DNA of 64,000 nt from assembly GCA_963765675.1 (NCBI GenBank), contig CAVXXK010000001.1:736001-800000 (forward strand), written 5' to 3'. The number at the start of each line of letters is the position of its first letter. The stretch's first letter is position 1. The notes under the pieces are model-generated. The model ran no database searches and was not told the DNA's origin. It saw only the letters and a list, made by a program, of their open reading frames with translations. The stretch is from an uncultured delta proteobacterium. Its GTDB lineage: Bacteria > Desulfobacterota > Binatia > Binatales > Binataceae. The position numbers and the translations under genes were made by a program. Shown here piece by piece: positions 22,201 through 32,147 of this stretch.

Positions 22201-23325
22201 TCAGCGGACGTAGACCGGATTCGATATAATCCACAGATGACCGCGGCGCCACGCTTCTACTCGATACGCTCCCGCCGCTTTGGGCGCGTACTCGAGGTCC
22301 ATCGCGTCGTCGGCGGATGCTACCTGCGTGCCGTCTTTGAGCATCACGATTCGGTTGGCGTTGGCCGGTAGCTCGGCTTTTAGCGTGAGACCGGTTTCCA
22401 GATGCACCTCGTCGCCCATCATCGTCCTGGAGTCGCCGGTTTGCGCGAAGAACGCGAACTCGCCGACGTAGCCGAGAATATCGAAGCTCACGTATACGTG
22501 CCCGCGATGCATCGCGTCCATCAGCGCGTCCGCATCGCGCTCGCGCGCGAGCAGATGGGTCGTGTAGAAGAGGAACAACTGCTCGAAGGTGCCGACTTTT
22601 GATCCCATCACGGAGAGATTGTCCGGGGCGCCCATCCCGGCGACCAGCGTCACCCGCGCGCCCGCGGTCATCGTGTCGTACCGCGCGAGATTCGCGTCCG
22701 GACGCGGCGCGAGATCGAGCAAAAAGCGATCGGTCTGGAGGAACATCGCGCGCCAATAGAGCGTCGTCGGACTCGCCGCCGCGAACGAATCATTCTGATT
22801 GTATACTTCCATCGCGTCGGCCAGCGCGTAGTCAGCCGGTGATTTGAATGCGCCCGGATCGGCGGCGATTGCGAGTGCGCCCTGGTCATGGATCGCGCCG
22901 ATCAGCTCGGCCGCCGGCCGCGACGCATCGATTGGCTGGCGCAGATTCAGGCCAACGATCTCTCCACCATCGACCCTGAAGGCTGCGCCGGGGATAAACA
23001 AAATCTGGTTGGTGAAACCGCCGATTCCGTAGTCGCTGACGCCGGAGACCGCCGGATCTGCGATCGTCACGAAATCGATCTGCGCGTTGCGCGCCAGATC
23101 AGCGATCGCAGATTCGTCGAGCCCCGCAGCTTTAATAGGGCAATCGACGATGCCGCGATAGTCGCGCAACTCCGGAAACTCGAGCGCGGGCGCGACCAGC
23201 CGCGTCGGCGGCAACTGCGTAGTGGGCAGAGGCGCGGAGCATCCTGCCGCGGCCACAAGCATGAGCAGGCCAATTCCGATGCTGACGAGGCCCCGCGCGC
23301 CAATACTCAGCGGCGGGGTACTCAC
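22201..23325 (-). CDS. PHP-domain-like lipoprotein with degenerate metal ligands
   Basis: Lipobox AAGC; DYRGIV, DFVTIAD, MEVYN, GHVYVSFD, GAYRVEA, WIISNPVYV; GTGA overlap with the upstream SDR. Confidence 0.65.
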   Translation of the reverse strand: MSTPPLSIGARGLVSIGIGLLMLVAAAGCSAPLPTTQLPPTRLVAPALEFPELRDYRGIVDCPIKAAGLDESAIADLARNAQIDFVTIADPAVSGVSDYGIGGFTNQILFIPGAAFRVDGGEIVGLNLRQPIDASRPAAELIGAIHDQGALAIAADPGAFKSPADYALADAMEVYNQNDSFAAASPTTLYWRAMFLQTDRFLLDLAPRPDANLARYDTMTAGARVTLVAGMGAPDNLSVMGSKVGTFEQLFLFYTTHLLARERDADALMDAMHRGHVYVSFDILGYVGEFAFFAQTGDSRTMMGDEVHLETGLTLKAELPANANRIVMLKDGTQVASADDAMDLEYAPKAAGAYRVEAWRRGHLWIISNPVYVR

Positions 23326-24107
23326 AGGATCGAGCGGCCCTGCGCGCCATCGACGGGGATATTAGCACCTGTGATCCAGCTCGCGCGCGGCGACGCCAGC
23401 ATCGCGACCGCATACGCGACTTCGGCGGCGCTGCCCAGGCGTCCGGCCGGCATCTCGCGCGCGATGAAATCTTTTTCGAATGCAGGACTTTCCTTGAAGC
23501 GCTTTTCCCAGTTTCCCCCCGGCACCATGATCGATCCCGGCGCTATCGTGTTGACGCGGATCTTTTTCGGTGCGAGCTCGCGCGCAAGCAGCTTGGTAAA
23601 CGAATGCAGCGCGGCCTTCGAGGCGTTGTAGGTCAGCGGCCCGCCCGACTCGCGCCCGTATATTGATCCAATATTGATGATCGATCCGCCACCCTGCTTC
23701 TCCATATGCGGCGCGACCATCCGCGCGAGCCGCACTGGGGCGAACAGGTTCAGATCGAATTGCTCCTGCCATGCCGATTCCGGCAGCTCCGCAAGCGCGC
23801 CGGGCCGCGCGGCGCCGGCGTTGTTCACCAGCACGTCTATTCGGCCGCATTCGCGCACGACCGCGGCGATCCATTTTTCCATCTCCGGCGCGCTGGTGAC
23901 GTCGCCCGCGAATCCCGCCGCCTGTTTCGCCCCTGCGCGCTTGCCGATCTCGCCGGCCGCGGCCGACGCCTCGCTCACCGCATTAGGGTCGCGTGCGCAG
24001 ATACTGACGCTCATCCCCTCGGCAGCCAGCGCCTCGGCCATCGCGCGGCCCAGTCCGCGGCTGCCGCCGGTGACCATCGCGACTTTACCCTTGAGTTCCA
24101 AATCCAT
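23322..24107 (-). CDS. SDR family oxidoreductase
   Basis: TGGSRGLG, NNAG, YNASK. Confidence 0.92.
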   Translation of the reverse strand: MDLELKGKVAMVTGGSRGLGRAMAEALAAEGMSVSICARDPNAVSEASAAAGEIGKRAGAKQAAGFAGDVTSAPEMEKWIAAVVRECGRIDVLVNNAGAARPGALAELPESAWQEQFDLNLFAPVRLARMVAPHMEKQGGGSIINIGSIYGRESGGPLTYNASKAALHSFTKLLARELAPKKIRVNTIAPGSIMVPGGNWEKRFKESPAFEKDFIAREMPAGRLGSAAEVAYAVAMLASPRASWITGANIPVDGAQGRSIL

Positions 24108-24269
24108 CGTCATGCTCCTATGGCCGGCCGATTCGCCTGGTCCCGCCTGCGCGACTGCGTTCAATAATTTGTACCAGAGCCGCCGTCGGCGCCGAACAGC
24201 AGCGAAGGGGGACCATCAACCTGCTTGCGCTTCCCATCCTTATCCCCAGCTTCGACAAAATCTTGTCTT

Positions 24270-24298
24270 TTGACATAACTCTGCTCTTTGAGTAGAAA
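24270..24298 (+). promoter_or_regulatory. putative sigma70 promoter
   Basis: TTGACA-17 nt-TAGAAA upstream of the diheme protein gene. Confidence 0.4.
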
Positions 24299-24330
24299 AA
24301 TCTGCCAATGAGTACTACAGGAGTACCGGT

Positions 24331-25863
24331 ATGAAGGCTTGGCGACTCTTCGCATCTCTGGCAATCCTGACCTCGTTTACGATCGCAGGTAGCGCGCTCG
24401 CTCAGACTCAGTCCCCATCGATACCGCACTGGGCTCAGGTGGTGCATGAGCAGGCGCTCAAAGTACACAACGTCGGAAATACCACTGTGCCGCCAGGAAT
24501 ATTTCCTCCGGTATTCGACCAGAGCTTTTACAGCCTGGACCCGACCGGTCTGGTCGAGACCTTCAACCTCGCCGCCCCGACGATTACCGGTAACAACGCG
24601 TTCTTTCAGAGTATCGGCAGCAATGGACGCGCCTGTGCAACCTGCCACGAGGCGCGAAGCGGATGGGGCGTGAGCGTCGCGTCGATTCAGGAGCGCTTCG
24701 CCGCAAACGCCGGCACCGACCCGATCTTCCGCGTGATCGACGGCGCCACCTGCGATACTGATGACGTAAGTACGCTTGCCGCGCGCCGATCGGCCTATAG
24801 CCTGCTCCTGTCGCAGGGCCTAATCCGGATTTTCCTGCCGCTGCCGAATACTCAACTCGGCTCCGATCCGCCGGTAGCACCCGACTTCGCAATCACTTCG
24901 GTCGATGATCCTTACGGATGCACCGATCTGTCGGCTTCACCGCCGATGGTGTCGGTGTACCGGCGCCCGCTTCCGTCGGCCAACCTGCGCTTTTTGACCG
25001 AATGCGCCGCCGATGACCCAGGATGCGCTCCGCTGTCAATCATGTGGGACGGCAGAGAGCCGAGCCTCGCGAGCCAGGCGACCGACGCGACTTTGGGCCA
25101 TGCGCAGGCGGTGAATCCTCCGACTACCGCGCAACTCACGCAGATCGTCAATTTCGAATCGCAGATTTATGACGCGCAGGCCTTGGATTTCTCGGCCCTG
25201 TTGCTCAATTCAGGAGGGGCGACCGGCGGCCCGGCCGCGCTCTCGCAGCAGAATTTCTTCATCGGCATCAACGACGCGCTCAGCCCCGGCTTCGACGACG
25301 TTGTATTTACGCTTTACGGCGCATGGGCAAGTCTGCACGGCAATAGCTTCATCGATCAGGCGCGGGAATCGATCGCGCGCGGCGAGACGATCTTCAACAC
25401 TCGGCAGTTTACGATCAGCGGGGTTAACGGCCTGAACGAATTTCCTTCCGACCCGCTCGGCGCCAACCCGCTCACGGGCACCTGCACGACCTGCCACGAT
25501 TCGCCCAATGTCGGCAATCATTCGTTGAAGCTCGCGCTGAATATTGGCGTCGCCGACGCAAGTCCTCCAGTGTTGAACGTATCCCAGCTTCCCGTCTTCA
25601 CCGTGCAGTGCACCTCGGGTCCGCTGATGGGCCAGACCTTCACCGTGACCGATCTCGGACGCGCAACGATCACCGGGAAATGCGCCGACGTCGGTAAGGT
25701 GAAAGGACCAATCCTGCACGCACTCTCGGCGCGCGCACCGTATTTCCATAACGGGTCGGCGGCGTCGCTCTCGGATGTGGTCAACTTCTACGACCAGCGC
25801 TTCAGCATCGGCCTCTCCAATCAGGACAAGACTGATTTGATCGCGTTCCTGCAGGCGCTCTGA
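24331..25863 (+). CDS. secreted diheme cytochrome c peroxidase / MauG superfamily protein
   Basis: Signal peptide, CATCH and CTTCH heme motifs, MWDGRE, RAPYFHNGSA..L.DVVNFY. Confidence 0.85.
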   Translation: MKAWRLFASLAILTSFTIAGSALAQTQSPSIPHWAQVVHEQALKVHNVGNTTVPPGIFPPVFDQSFYSLDPTGLVETFNLAAPTITGNNAFFQSIGSNGRACATCHEARSGWGVSVASIQERFAANAGTDPIFRVIDGATCDTDDVSTLAARRSAYSLLLSQGLIRIFLPLPNTQLGSDPPVAPDFAITSVDDPYGCTDLSASPPMVSVYRRPLPSANLRFLTECAADDPGCAPLSIMWDGREPSLASQATDATLGHAQAVNPPTTAQLTQIVNFESQIYDAQALDFSALLLNSGGATGGPAALSQQNFFIGINDALSPGFDDVVFTLYGAWASLHGNSFIDQARESIARGETIFNTRQFTISGVNGLNEFPSDPLGANPLTGTCTTCHDSPNVGNHSLKLALNIGVADASPPVLNVSQLPVFTVQCTSGPLMGQTFTVTDLGRATITGKCADVGKVKGPILHALSARAPYFHNGSAASLSDVVNFYDQRFSIGLSNQDKTDLIAFLQAL

Positions 25864-25878
25864 GTTCTTTGGCTCCCA

Positions 25879-25916
25879 GGATCGCGGGGTCAAATATGGC
25901 CCCGCGATCCTTTTTT
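25879..25916 (+). terminator. intrinsic terminator
   Basis: GGATCGCGGGG...CCCCGCGATCC followed by TTTTTT. Confidence 0.85.
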
Positions 25917-25989
25917 CCCAGATTCTTATCTCCAGATTTTTCCGCGATGATCTGATTTGAACTGGTGCCCGTCAGCACCTCGTCGCCCG

Positions 25990-26018
25990 TTGACTCTCCT
26001 TGTCGCGGGACCTAATCT
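25990..26018 (+). promoter_or_regulatory. putative sigma70 promoter of rpsU
   Basis: TTGACT-17 nt-TAATCT. Confidence 0.5.
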
Positions 26019-26051
26019 CGATAGGCTGAATTGCGGACGTTAAGGAGAACT

Positions 26052-26249
26052 ATGGAAATTCGAGTTGAAGGCTCCCTCGATCAGGCGATGCGCGTGCTCA
26101 AGCGCAAGCTGGCCAAGGAGGGGGTGTTCAAGGAAATGAAGAAGCGTGCGTTCTACGAGAAGCCCAGCGTCCGCCGCAAGCGCAAGCGTTCAGAAGCCCA
26201 GCGCCGCCGCCGCAAAGAACAGCGTCGTCGGCGAGCGTCTGCCCTTTAA
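26052..26249 (+). CDS. rpsU: 30S ribosomal protein S21
   Basis: AAGGAG RBS; LKRKLAKEG...FYEKPSVRRKRK. Confidence 0.95.
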   Translation: MEIRVEGSLDQAMRVLKRKLAKEGVFKEMKKRAFYEKPSVRRKRKRSEAQRRRRKEQRRRRASAL

Positions 26250-26423
26250 TCTTCCCGCGAAATACTTCCCGGATCATCCTGACGGCGCGGTCCTCGAACT
26301 GACCGCGCGGTCCTCGAAAGTCGGCTACCTCGATCGTCGACCTGCAGGGGATTTTCGCGCCGTGATGCGGGCATTTCCGGAATTCTAATCGCGCGGCCAA
26401 CGGATGGCCGCACTGAATTTGGA

Positions 26424-26457
26424 CCCTCACCTAACCTCTCCCATACTGGGCGAGGGA
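26424..26457. repeat. CCCTC-type REP-like hairpin
   Basis: CCCTCACCTAACCTCTCCC-ATACT-GGGCGAGGG; related to 40688-40764. Confidence 0.55.
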
Positions 26458-26486
26458 TCAGACATCAGACGAGATGCGCGGGGCTA

Positions 26487-27191
26487 TTAGTGGAGCGCCG
26501 GTAGCGGACGCCAGCTGAAACTCACCTGGCCGCCGGCTACGTAACAATCGAGGTCGTGATGCTCCAAGCCCGCGGCTTCGCGTGCGATTCGGAAGTTCTC
26601 GACCGCGCGATGCATTGCATTTGCGCCGGGAGCGCTCGGCCCGCGCTCGATCCGGTCGGCCTTCACTGCGGCTCCGAGATCGACCGCGAGACAGTTGGGA
26701 CCGCAATGCTGCTCGAGCGCGCCCGTTCCAAAGGCCATGCATCGCAGACACAGCACCACGGGCGCGCGCTCGTCGGCTTCGGGACCGAAAAACTCATGTT
26801 CCAGGCGCTCGAGTCCGATTGCGCATTCGGACCATGCCTCGCGCGCCCGCTCAGCCGAAAAGCGGCGAATCGCGCGTGCCAACTCGCGCATCAGCGCCTC
26901 GCTCGAGCGGGGTTTCAGCGCGATGATGCAATCTTCTTCGATCCGTGCCAATGAGCCCAATTGCTTGCTCAGAAAGTGGCGCAGGTTGATCGGGAGCCGG
27001 CTGCCAAGGCTGAGCCGTATCGGCTCGAATTCCTGAGGCTCGGGTGCCGGTTGCTCGGCGCGAATTCGGCGCGTGAACGTCCGCGGCACGCCTAAAGGCG
27101 CAAGCGACGCCAGGCGTTCGAGCGGAGTCGGCGTGCCATAGGCAAATCTCGAGACCTGAGCGCGTCTATGAACGAGCGGGCCATTTCGCAC
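26487..27191 (-). CDS. hypothetical protein
   Basis: Open frame with GGAGG 7 nt before GTG at 27191; no recognisable motif. Confidence 0.45.
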   Translation of the reverse strand: MRNGPLVHRRAQVSRFAYGTPTPLERLASLAPLGVPRTFTRRIRAEQPAPEPQEFEPIRLSLGSRLPINLRHFLSKQLGSLARIEEDCIIALKPRSSEALMRELARAIRRFSAERAREAWSECAIGLERLEHEFFGPEADERAPVVLCLRCMAFGTGALEQHCGPNCLAVDLGAAVKADRIERGPSAPGANAMHRAVENFRIAREAAGLEHHDLDCYVAGGQVSFSWRPLPALH

Positions 27192-27826
27192 AGGCTGACC
27201 TCCCTGGTTCTCCCGATCCGCGCGTCGCGATCGCCCCGCGCAAAGTCCCCCACGCGCGGCGGCATTCGGCACGATGCCCGAATCCTTTTCCAGGTTGAAA
27301 TTGAAATCTAAACGCTAACGAGATGAGAGTAATGGGAGCGGCAAGATCAGCGAAACTCATTTCCTGCTCAGCCGTCCTATTATTGTGACGCGGACCGAAC
27401 GAACCCGATCGACGACTACAAGATCGCTCCATGCGGGCGCAAGCGCCGGAGCTGGCCAAACGAAGAAGAGCACCGAAACCATCCCGCGCCATGCGCAGCG
27501 GCTCTTTCCACAACCATCAGCCCGCTCAGTATCCCGCAACCGCCTGCAACAATCCCCACACCCCAAGCGGCGGCTTGATGGAACAAGCGCACGAGGGACG
27601 GCCCAATCGATACTAACAGCTTGGGTCGTCTCAGAGCGTGCGACGTTACCAGGCCAACGGCTCCCGGATCGCGCAACTACCGAGTCCTGATTTAGCGCGC
27701 GCCAGATGCTGGAGCAACATTGAAAGATCGATTAATTGAATTAATTGCCCTTGACAACGAAACGGGTGCGTGACCTTTTTTGGCACATCGGCGGACACCG
27801 CGTCGGCATCTGAATGAGGTGCTCTA

Positions 27827-28855
27827 ATGACACTCGAATCGAGCTTTGAGACTCCGATCACTAAACAGCTCGGGATTAAATTTCCGGTCTTCCAAGCGGG
27901 GATGGGCTTTGTAGCGCATGCCGAGCTTGCCGCCGCGGTATCCAACGCGGGCGGGCTGGGATGTATCGGGTCGGGCTCGATGAGCGCGCGAGAATTAACC
28001 GAGCAAATCCATCGATGCTACGATTTGACCGACCGTCCTTTCGCCGTCGACATTCTTTTTGCCGAAGTTAAGGCCGATCCCAAAAATGCGACGGTTCTGC
28101 GCTATGCCTCGAACGTGCAACGCCTCATCGATATCACCTTCGAGGAGAAAATCCCGGTAATCGTCTCCGGCCTGGGCAATCCGGCCGGAATAGTCCCGCA
28201 AGCGCACAAGGCAGGCGTAGTCGTGATGTCATTGTGCGGCAATGTGAAGCAGGCGCGCCGGCTCGAGGCCTCGGGCGTCGATGTCATTGTCGCGCAGGGT
28301 CACGAAGCCGGAGGGCACACCGGGCGCATCGGCACGATGACGCTGGTGCCGCAGATCGTCGACGCGGTGCGCGTCCCCGTGCTCGCAGCAGGCGGCCTTG
28401 CCGATGGACGCGGCCTTTTGGCGGCGCTCGCGCTGGGAGCCGAAGGCGTATGGATGGGCAGCCGCTTCGTCGCTTCGGTCGAGGCCTTCGCGCATGCCAA
28501 TTACAAGAACAAAATCGTCGAGATCGACGAGGAAGGCACCACTATCACGCGATGCCATTCCGGCAAGCCCTGCCGGCTAATCCGCAACAAATTCACTGAT
28601 TCATGGGTCGGGCGCGAGGCGGAAATCAAGCCGTTTCCGATCCAGTCGGTCGAGTACGGCTTCCCGCTGGCCGAAAAAGCGCGCTACGAAGGCAAGATCG
28701 AAGAGGGCGGGATGGCCTGCGGACAGAGCGCGGGCCTGATCGATTCGATCAAGCCCGCTGGCCAAATCGTCCGCGATGTGATGGCCGAAGCTCAGGCTGC
28801 GCTGGAGGAACGGTTTCTTCGGAGTCGGGCCGCAGCTTCATCGCGCGCCGCCTGA
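27827..28855 (+). CDS. nitronate monooxygenase / FabK-like flavoprotein
   Basis: PVFQAGMG, AVSNAGGLG, QGHEAGGHTG, AAGGLADGRG. Confidence 0.9.
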   Translation: MTLESSFETPITKQLGIKFPVFQAGMGFVAHAELAAAVSNAGGLGCIGSGSMSARELTEQIHRCYDLTDRPFAVDILFAEVKADPKNATVLRYASNVQRLIDITFEEKIPVIVSGLGNPAGIVPQAHKAGVVVMSLCGNVKQARRLEASGVDVIVAQGHEAGGHTGRIGTMTLVPQIVDAVRVPVLAAGGLADGRGLLAALALGAEGVWMGSRFVASVEAFAHANYKNKIVEIDEEGTTITRCHSGKPCRLIRNKFTDSWVGREAEIKPFPIQSVEYGFPLAEKARYEGKIEEGGMACGQSAGLIDSIKPAGQIVRDVMAEAQAALEERFLRSRAAASSRAA

Positions 28856-28958
28856 CAGAGACGAACGCCGCGCGGGTTACGCTTAGGGTCGAAGGATCGA
28901 CCCAATGTAAGTCCTCCATCGCGATCGGCATCGGCTATTTGGGGCTCGCCGCGGCACT

Positions 28959-31037
28959 TTACGGATGTTTGTAACCGACAATCTCTATGAGCTGCGGCGA
29001 GCCGGAAATGGCATTGGATGCTTCCATCGCCGCCATGACGGCTGCCTCGACACATCCGACGTTGAGTCCGCAATCAATCCAGTCACCCACAATATAAAGG
29101 TTGTTGTATCCGGTGTCGGCAGTCTTGATCCGATACTGATTGCTGCGCGGGAGCGACTGAACGTAGCGCTCCGAGGGGTCGCAGTTTGCGCGCCAGAACT
29201 GAGACGCGAAGCGTTTATCTCCCGCTGCCTCACCTCCTCCCACAAGCAAATTCCACCGGAAATCGCCATCGCGAACCGCCGTTGGCCACAACACTTCAAC
29301 ATCGCGGTGCAGAAACTGAATCGCGTTGTCCTTGACGAGATTCGCCTGGGTGACGGGAAACGTCGGATCGGTTGCAGGCGGAAGCGACGGGGGCGTCGGC
29401 ATCGTATTGCAGAAGTAGGCAATACCCTGCGGCTTCTGATCCGCGGGCCATGCTTCGCGATCGATTAGCTGTCGCATATCGGCCCAGGTATCGAACGGCT
29501 CCACGTAACCCGAAAGATCAATCTGTTTTTTCCAACCCAGGCGTTCCATATCTTCGGAGAGCCACACCTGGAAGGATTGCGTCTGAACGGTCGTCACCCG
29601 ATCCACCATCAGCTTCCACTTGGGATTGTTCGGGTCGTTCACTAGCTCCTGAGTGAGGTAGCGTAGCGACCCATGAGAAATACCTAACACCACACGGTCA
29701 AAGTCTTCGCCGGCGATCAAGGTATGCTCGCTCGCGTCCTGCCACTTAGTCCAGAATGACTCGAGGTTATAGAGGTTGTAACCGGTGGCCTTTTCGCTCT
29801 CTCGGCTCTGGTCGCGCAAGTCCGCGCCTTCACGTAGCTGCTCATACAAAGGCTCTGCCGGCCAGCAGGGAAGATCGCAGACGGAAACCAGCGGGCGATA
29901 CTCAGCGGTCTCATCATTCAGGGTTACCTGGCGAGCCATCTCGATCGCGGCGATAGACTGCCGATCCTCGGAAAGCCGCAAGTTTTTTACCCGGTGAAAG
30001 AACCGAAACTGCACTCCGCGTTTCTGCAGCACGAGATAGAGCGGAGCAAAGACGACATCGCCCATCCCGGCTTGCATTTTCCAGAAGATTGCCCCTTTGT
30101 AAGTGAAGGCGATACGGGAGCCCGAACGTAGTGCCTCTCCCGCCGCGAACATGGGCTTGGTGCGGTCCCCATCCTGGTAGGCAAACGCGAGGTCGTACAA
30201 ACCATACAGGACCGCGGATTCATCAGCGACCTGCGCGTCGCAGCCATGCTTCTTCAGCCACTCGCGGTAGTCATATTGATTAATTTTGTCGAGACCGTCC
30301 TTGATTAGACCGTCATCGATGATCCCGCGGATGTTCGCCGCGCAAAGTTCAATGACACACCACAGCCGCCATGTCTCGACGTCGGTGTTGCTTCGCTCCT
30401 GCAACTCTCCTCGTATCCGATTGACAAAGTCGTCAAGAAGATTCAGCAATCCGGCGTGCTGGCCGGAAGTATGCCGCGTGGAATCGAGTGACATTGTTTG
30501 CTTGAATTCCTGCACGGCAAAGAGGGTAGTTTGAAGGGCTCCGCCAAGCAGTGACTCAAGGACGCTCTTCATTAACTCGAAGGCGCGCTCGATGTAGTAC
30601 CACATGTCCCACGAAGGATCGCGAGTGCCGGGATCTCCTGGATTGCGGGAGTCTTCAGGGAAATCAATCGGCCAGACCGACCAATCATTACGAAAGCGAT
30701 CCGCCGCACCCACGAAGCTGGCTTTCTTGAACGCCTCGTCCCAGGTAGCCAGGGGACTACCGGGCGGGCGCCCGAGTTCCGCATAGCATTCCCGAATCAT
30801 TCGGAACGCATTTTCATAGAATCCTAGCCATAAATGCAGTCCGTGCTCTTCGATGCGCCCGTACTGACCGCGTCCGCTGGCTCCCTTGCCGCCAAGGCGC
30901 CAGCCCATTTGATAGACGGTGATACTTTCGAATTTTTCTTTCCACTTGGGATCCCTCGTCAAATGGAATGCGGTTGCGATAGAAGCTGCCCCGCCGCCAA
31001 GGATGACGATCTTTTCGCGTTTGCCGCTGCTAGCCAC
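28959..31037 (-). CDS. FAD/NAD(P)-binding oxidoreductase (amine oxidase / carotene desaturase superfamily), uncharacterised
   Basis: ILGGG, YQMGWRLGGKGASGR, IEEHGLHLWLGFYENAF, C-terminal NLYIVGDW...GCVEAAV. Confidence 0.85.
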   Translation of the reverse strand: MASSGKREKIVILGGGAASIATAFHLTRDPKWKEKFESITVYQMGWRLGGKGASGRGQYGRIEEHGLHLWLGFYENAFRMIRECYAELGRPPGSPLATWDEAFKKASFVGAADRFRNDWSVWPIDFPEDSRNPGDPGTRDPSWDMWYYIERAFELMKSVLESLLGGALQTTLFAVQEFKQTMSLDSTRHTSGQHAGLLNLLDDFVNRIRGELQERSNTDVETWRLWCVIELCAANIRGIIDDGLIKDGLDKINQYDYREWLKKHGCDAQVADESAVLYGLYDLAFAYQDGDRTKPMFAAGEALRSGSRIAFTYKGAIFWKMQAGMGDVVFAPLYLVLQKRGVQFRFFHRVKNLRLSEDRQSIAAIEMARQVTLNDETAEYRPLVSVCDLPCWPAEPLYEQLREGADLRDQSRESEKATGYNLYNLESFWTKWQDASEHTLIAGEDFDRVVLGISHGSLRYLTQELVNDPNNPKWKLMVDRVTTVQTQSFQVWLSEDMERLGWKKQIDLSGYVEPFDTWADMRQLIDREAWPADQKPQGIAYFCNTMPTPPSLPPATDPTFPVTQANLVKDNAIQFLHRDVEVLWPTAVRDGDFRWNLLVGGGEAAGDKRFASQFWRANCDPSERYVQSLPRSNQYRIKTADTGYNNLYIVGDWIDCGLNVGCVEAAVMAAMEASNAISGSPQLIEIVGYKHP

Positions 31038-31087
31038 GATGGGTTCCTCCCCAGTGAGTCATGTGCCGTTGCCTACCCATCGCGGTC

Positions 31088-32119
31088 TTACGGTGTCGTG
31101 TTCGCCCGCCACAGTTCGTGGCCCGGTGGAACAATGAAATCGTATTCGACATGGAAGCTGAGTTTCGGCCTGAGAACACCGGTAGAAAGCCCCAGGTCTT
31201 CTCGGAGCGGATCGCTGGGAAAGTCGTTAAGAGTGATTTCGTAATCTCCCAGCAACCCGCCACCGGTGAACGCGGTGAGTGAAAACGATGAAGCCACGAT
31301 TGATTGATAGCAGGCGCGATCCTGTAGCGCGGTGTCGCGCAATTGCTTGAGAAAGACCAGTGGCACTCCGAGCCCGATCTCTCTGCCGATGTCCAGGAGA
31401 TGTTCTTCTGCCCGCGTGATTTTTATTGGCCCGCCAAACACGCGGTCTGCTATCTCCTTGCACATAGATTCGAAATCTCTGAACACCACCGAGCCGTCCT
31501 CTGGTTTGCCCTCGCCCGCGCAATGTATCTCGATCAAGCGTCTGGTAACCGCTTCCGTGTCTGGTGTGGTGCCGGGAATGACGAGCGTATCGAGAGCGAA
31601 GAGGGTGGGATCTCCCTGTGCTGGCGGCAGCGAGATGGTTCCCAACCGCTTTGGAAATCCATACCCTTCGCGCCCGACGATCAGGGCCGCATCACTGTCG
31701 ACGAAGATATACGGAATGAAGAAGGCAAAGCCCCGGTCTCCGTTGTGAAGCGCGTTGAAATCAAACCCCGGCACGAAGACGGTAAATTCCTGTTCCCTGA
31801 TCCAACCGAGCTTGGGTTCCCTGGCGTTCTGATGCCGCATATCGACGAAGCTGAAAAGAACATAGGCGAACCCGGGAAGGCCGACCGGCCAGAAATCCAC
31901 CGCGCCGCCGGATGGCTTATTCAGGGTGTTGGAAAAGAGCGCGCGCAATTTCTCGAAATCCGCCGCGACTACAAAATTGTTCATGCGGCATCCTTGAATC
32001 GTGAACGGCGCCTGATAGCGAGGGTTTGCGCCGAATTCGACATAGGCGGGCAATTCTCTTTCAGACAATCGCGTTCTCCTGTCCGGTGCTCCGGATCGGG
32101 CGGTCCGCGCTTGTTTCAA
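31088..32119 (-). CDS. acetoacetate decarboxylase (ADC)-fold protein
   Basis: FIPYIFVDSDAALIVGREGYGFPKRLG, matching the GRE..GFPK Schiff-base Lys motif. Confidence 0.75.
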   Translation of the reverse strand: MKQARTARSGAPDRRTRLSERELPAYVEFGANPRYQAPFTIQGCRMNNFVVAADFEKLRALFSNTLNKPSGGAVDFWPVGLPGFAYVLFSFVDMRHQNAREPKLGWIREQEFTVFVPGFDFNALHNGDRGFAFFIPYIFVDSDAALIVGREGYGFPKRLGTISLPPAQGDPTLFALDTLVIPGTTPDTEAVTRRLIEIHCAGEGKPEDGSVVFRDFESMCKEIADRVFGGPIKITRAEEHLLDIGREIGLGVPLVFLKQLRDTALQDRACYQSIVASSFSLTAFTGGGLLGDYEITLNDFPSDPLREDLGLSTGVLRPKLSFHVEYDFIVPPGHELWRANTTP

Positions 32120-32147
32120 GCGCGTGAATGAGCGAACTCAACGGAAC

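Noticed and set aside
27780-27800. Sigma54 promoter TTGGCACATCGGCGGA
   Set aside because: The -12 element (TTGC) is absent.
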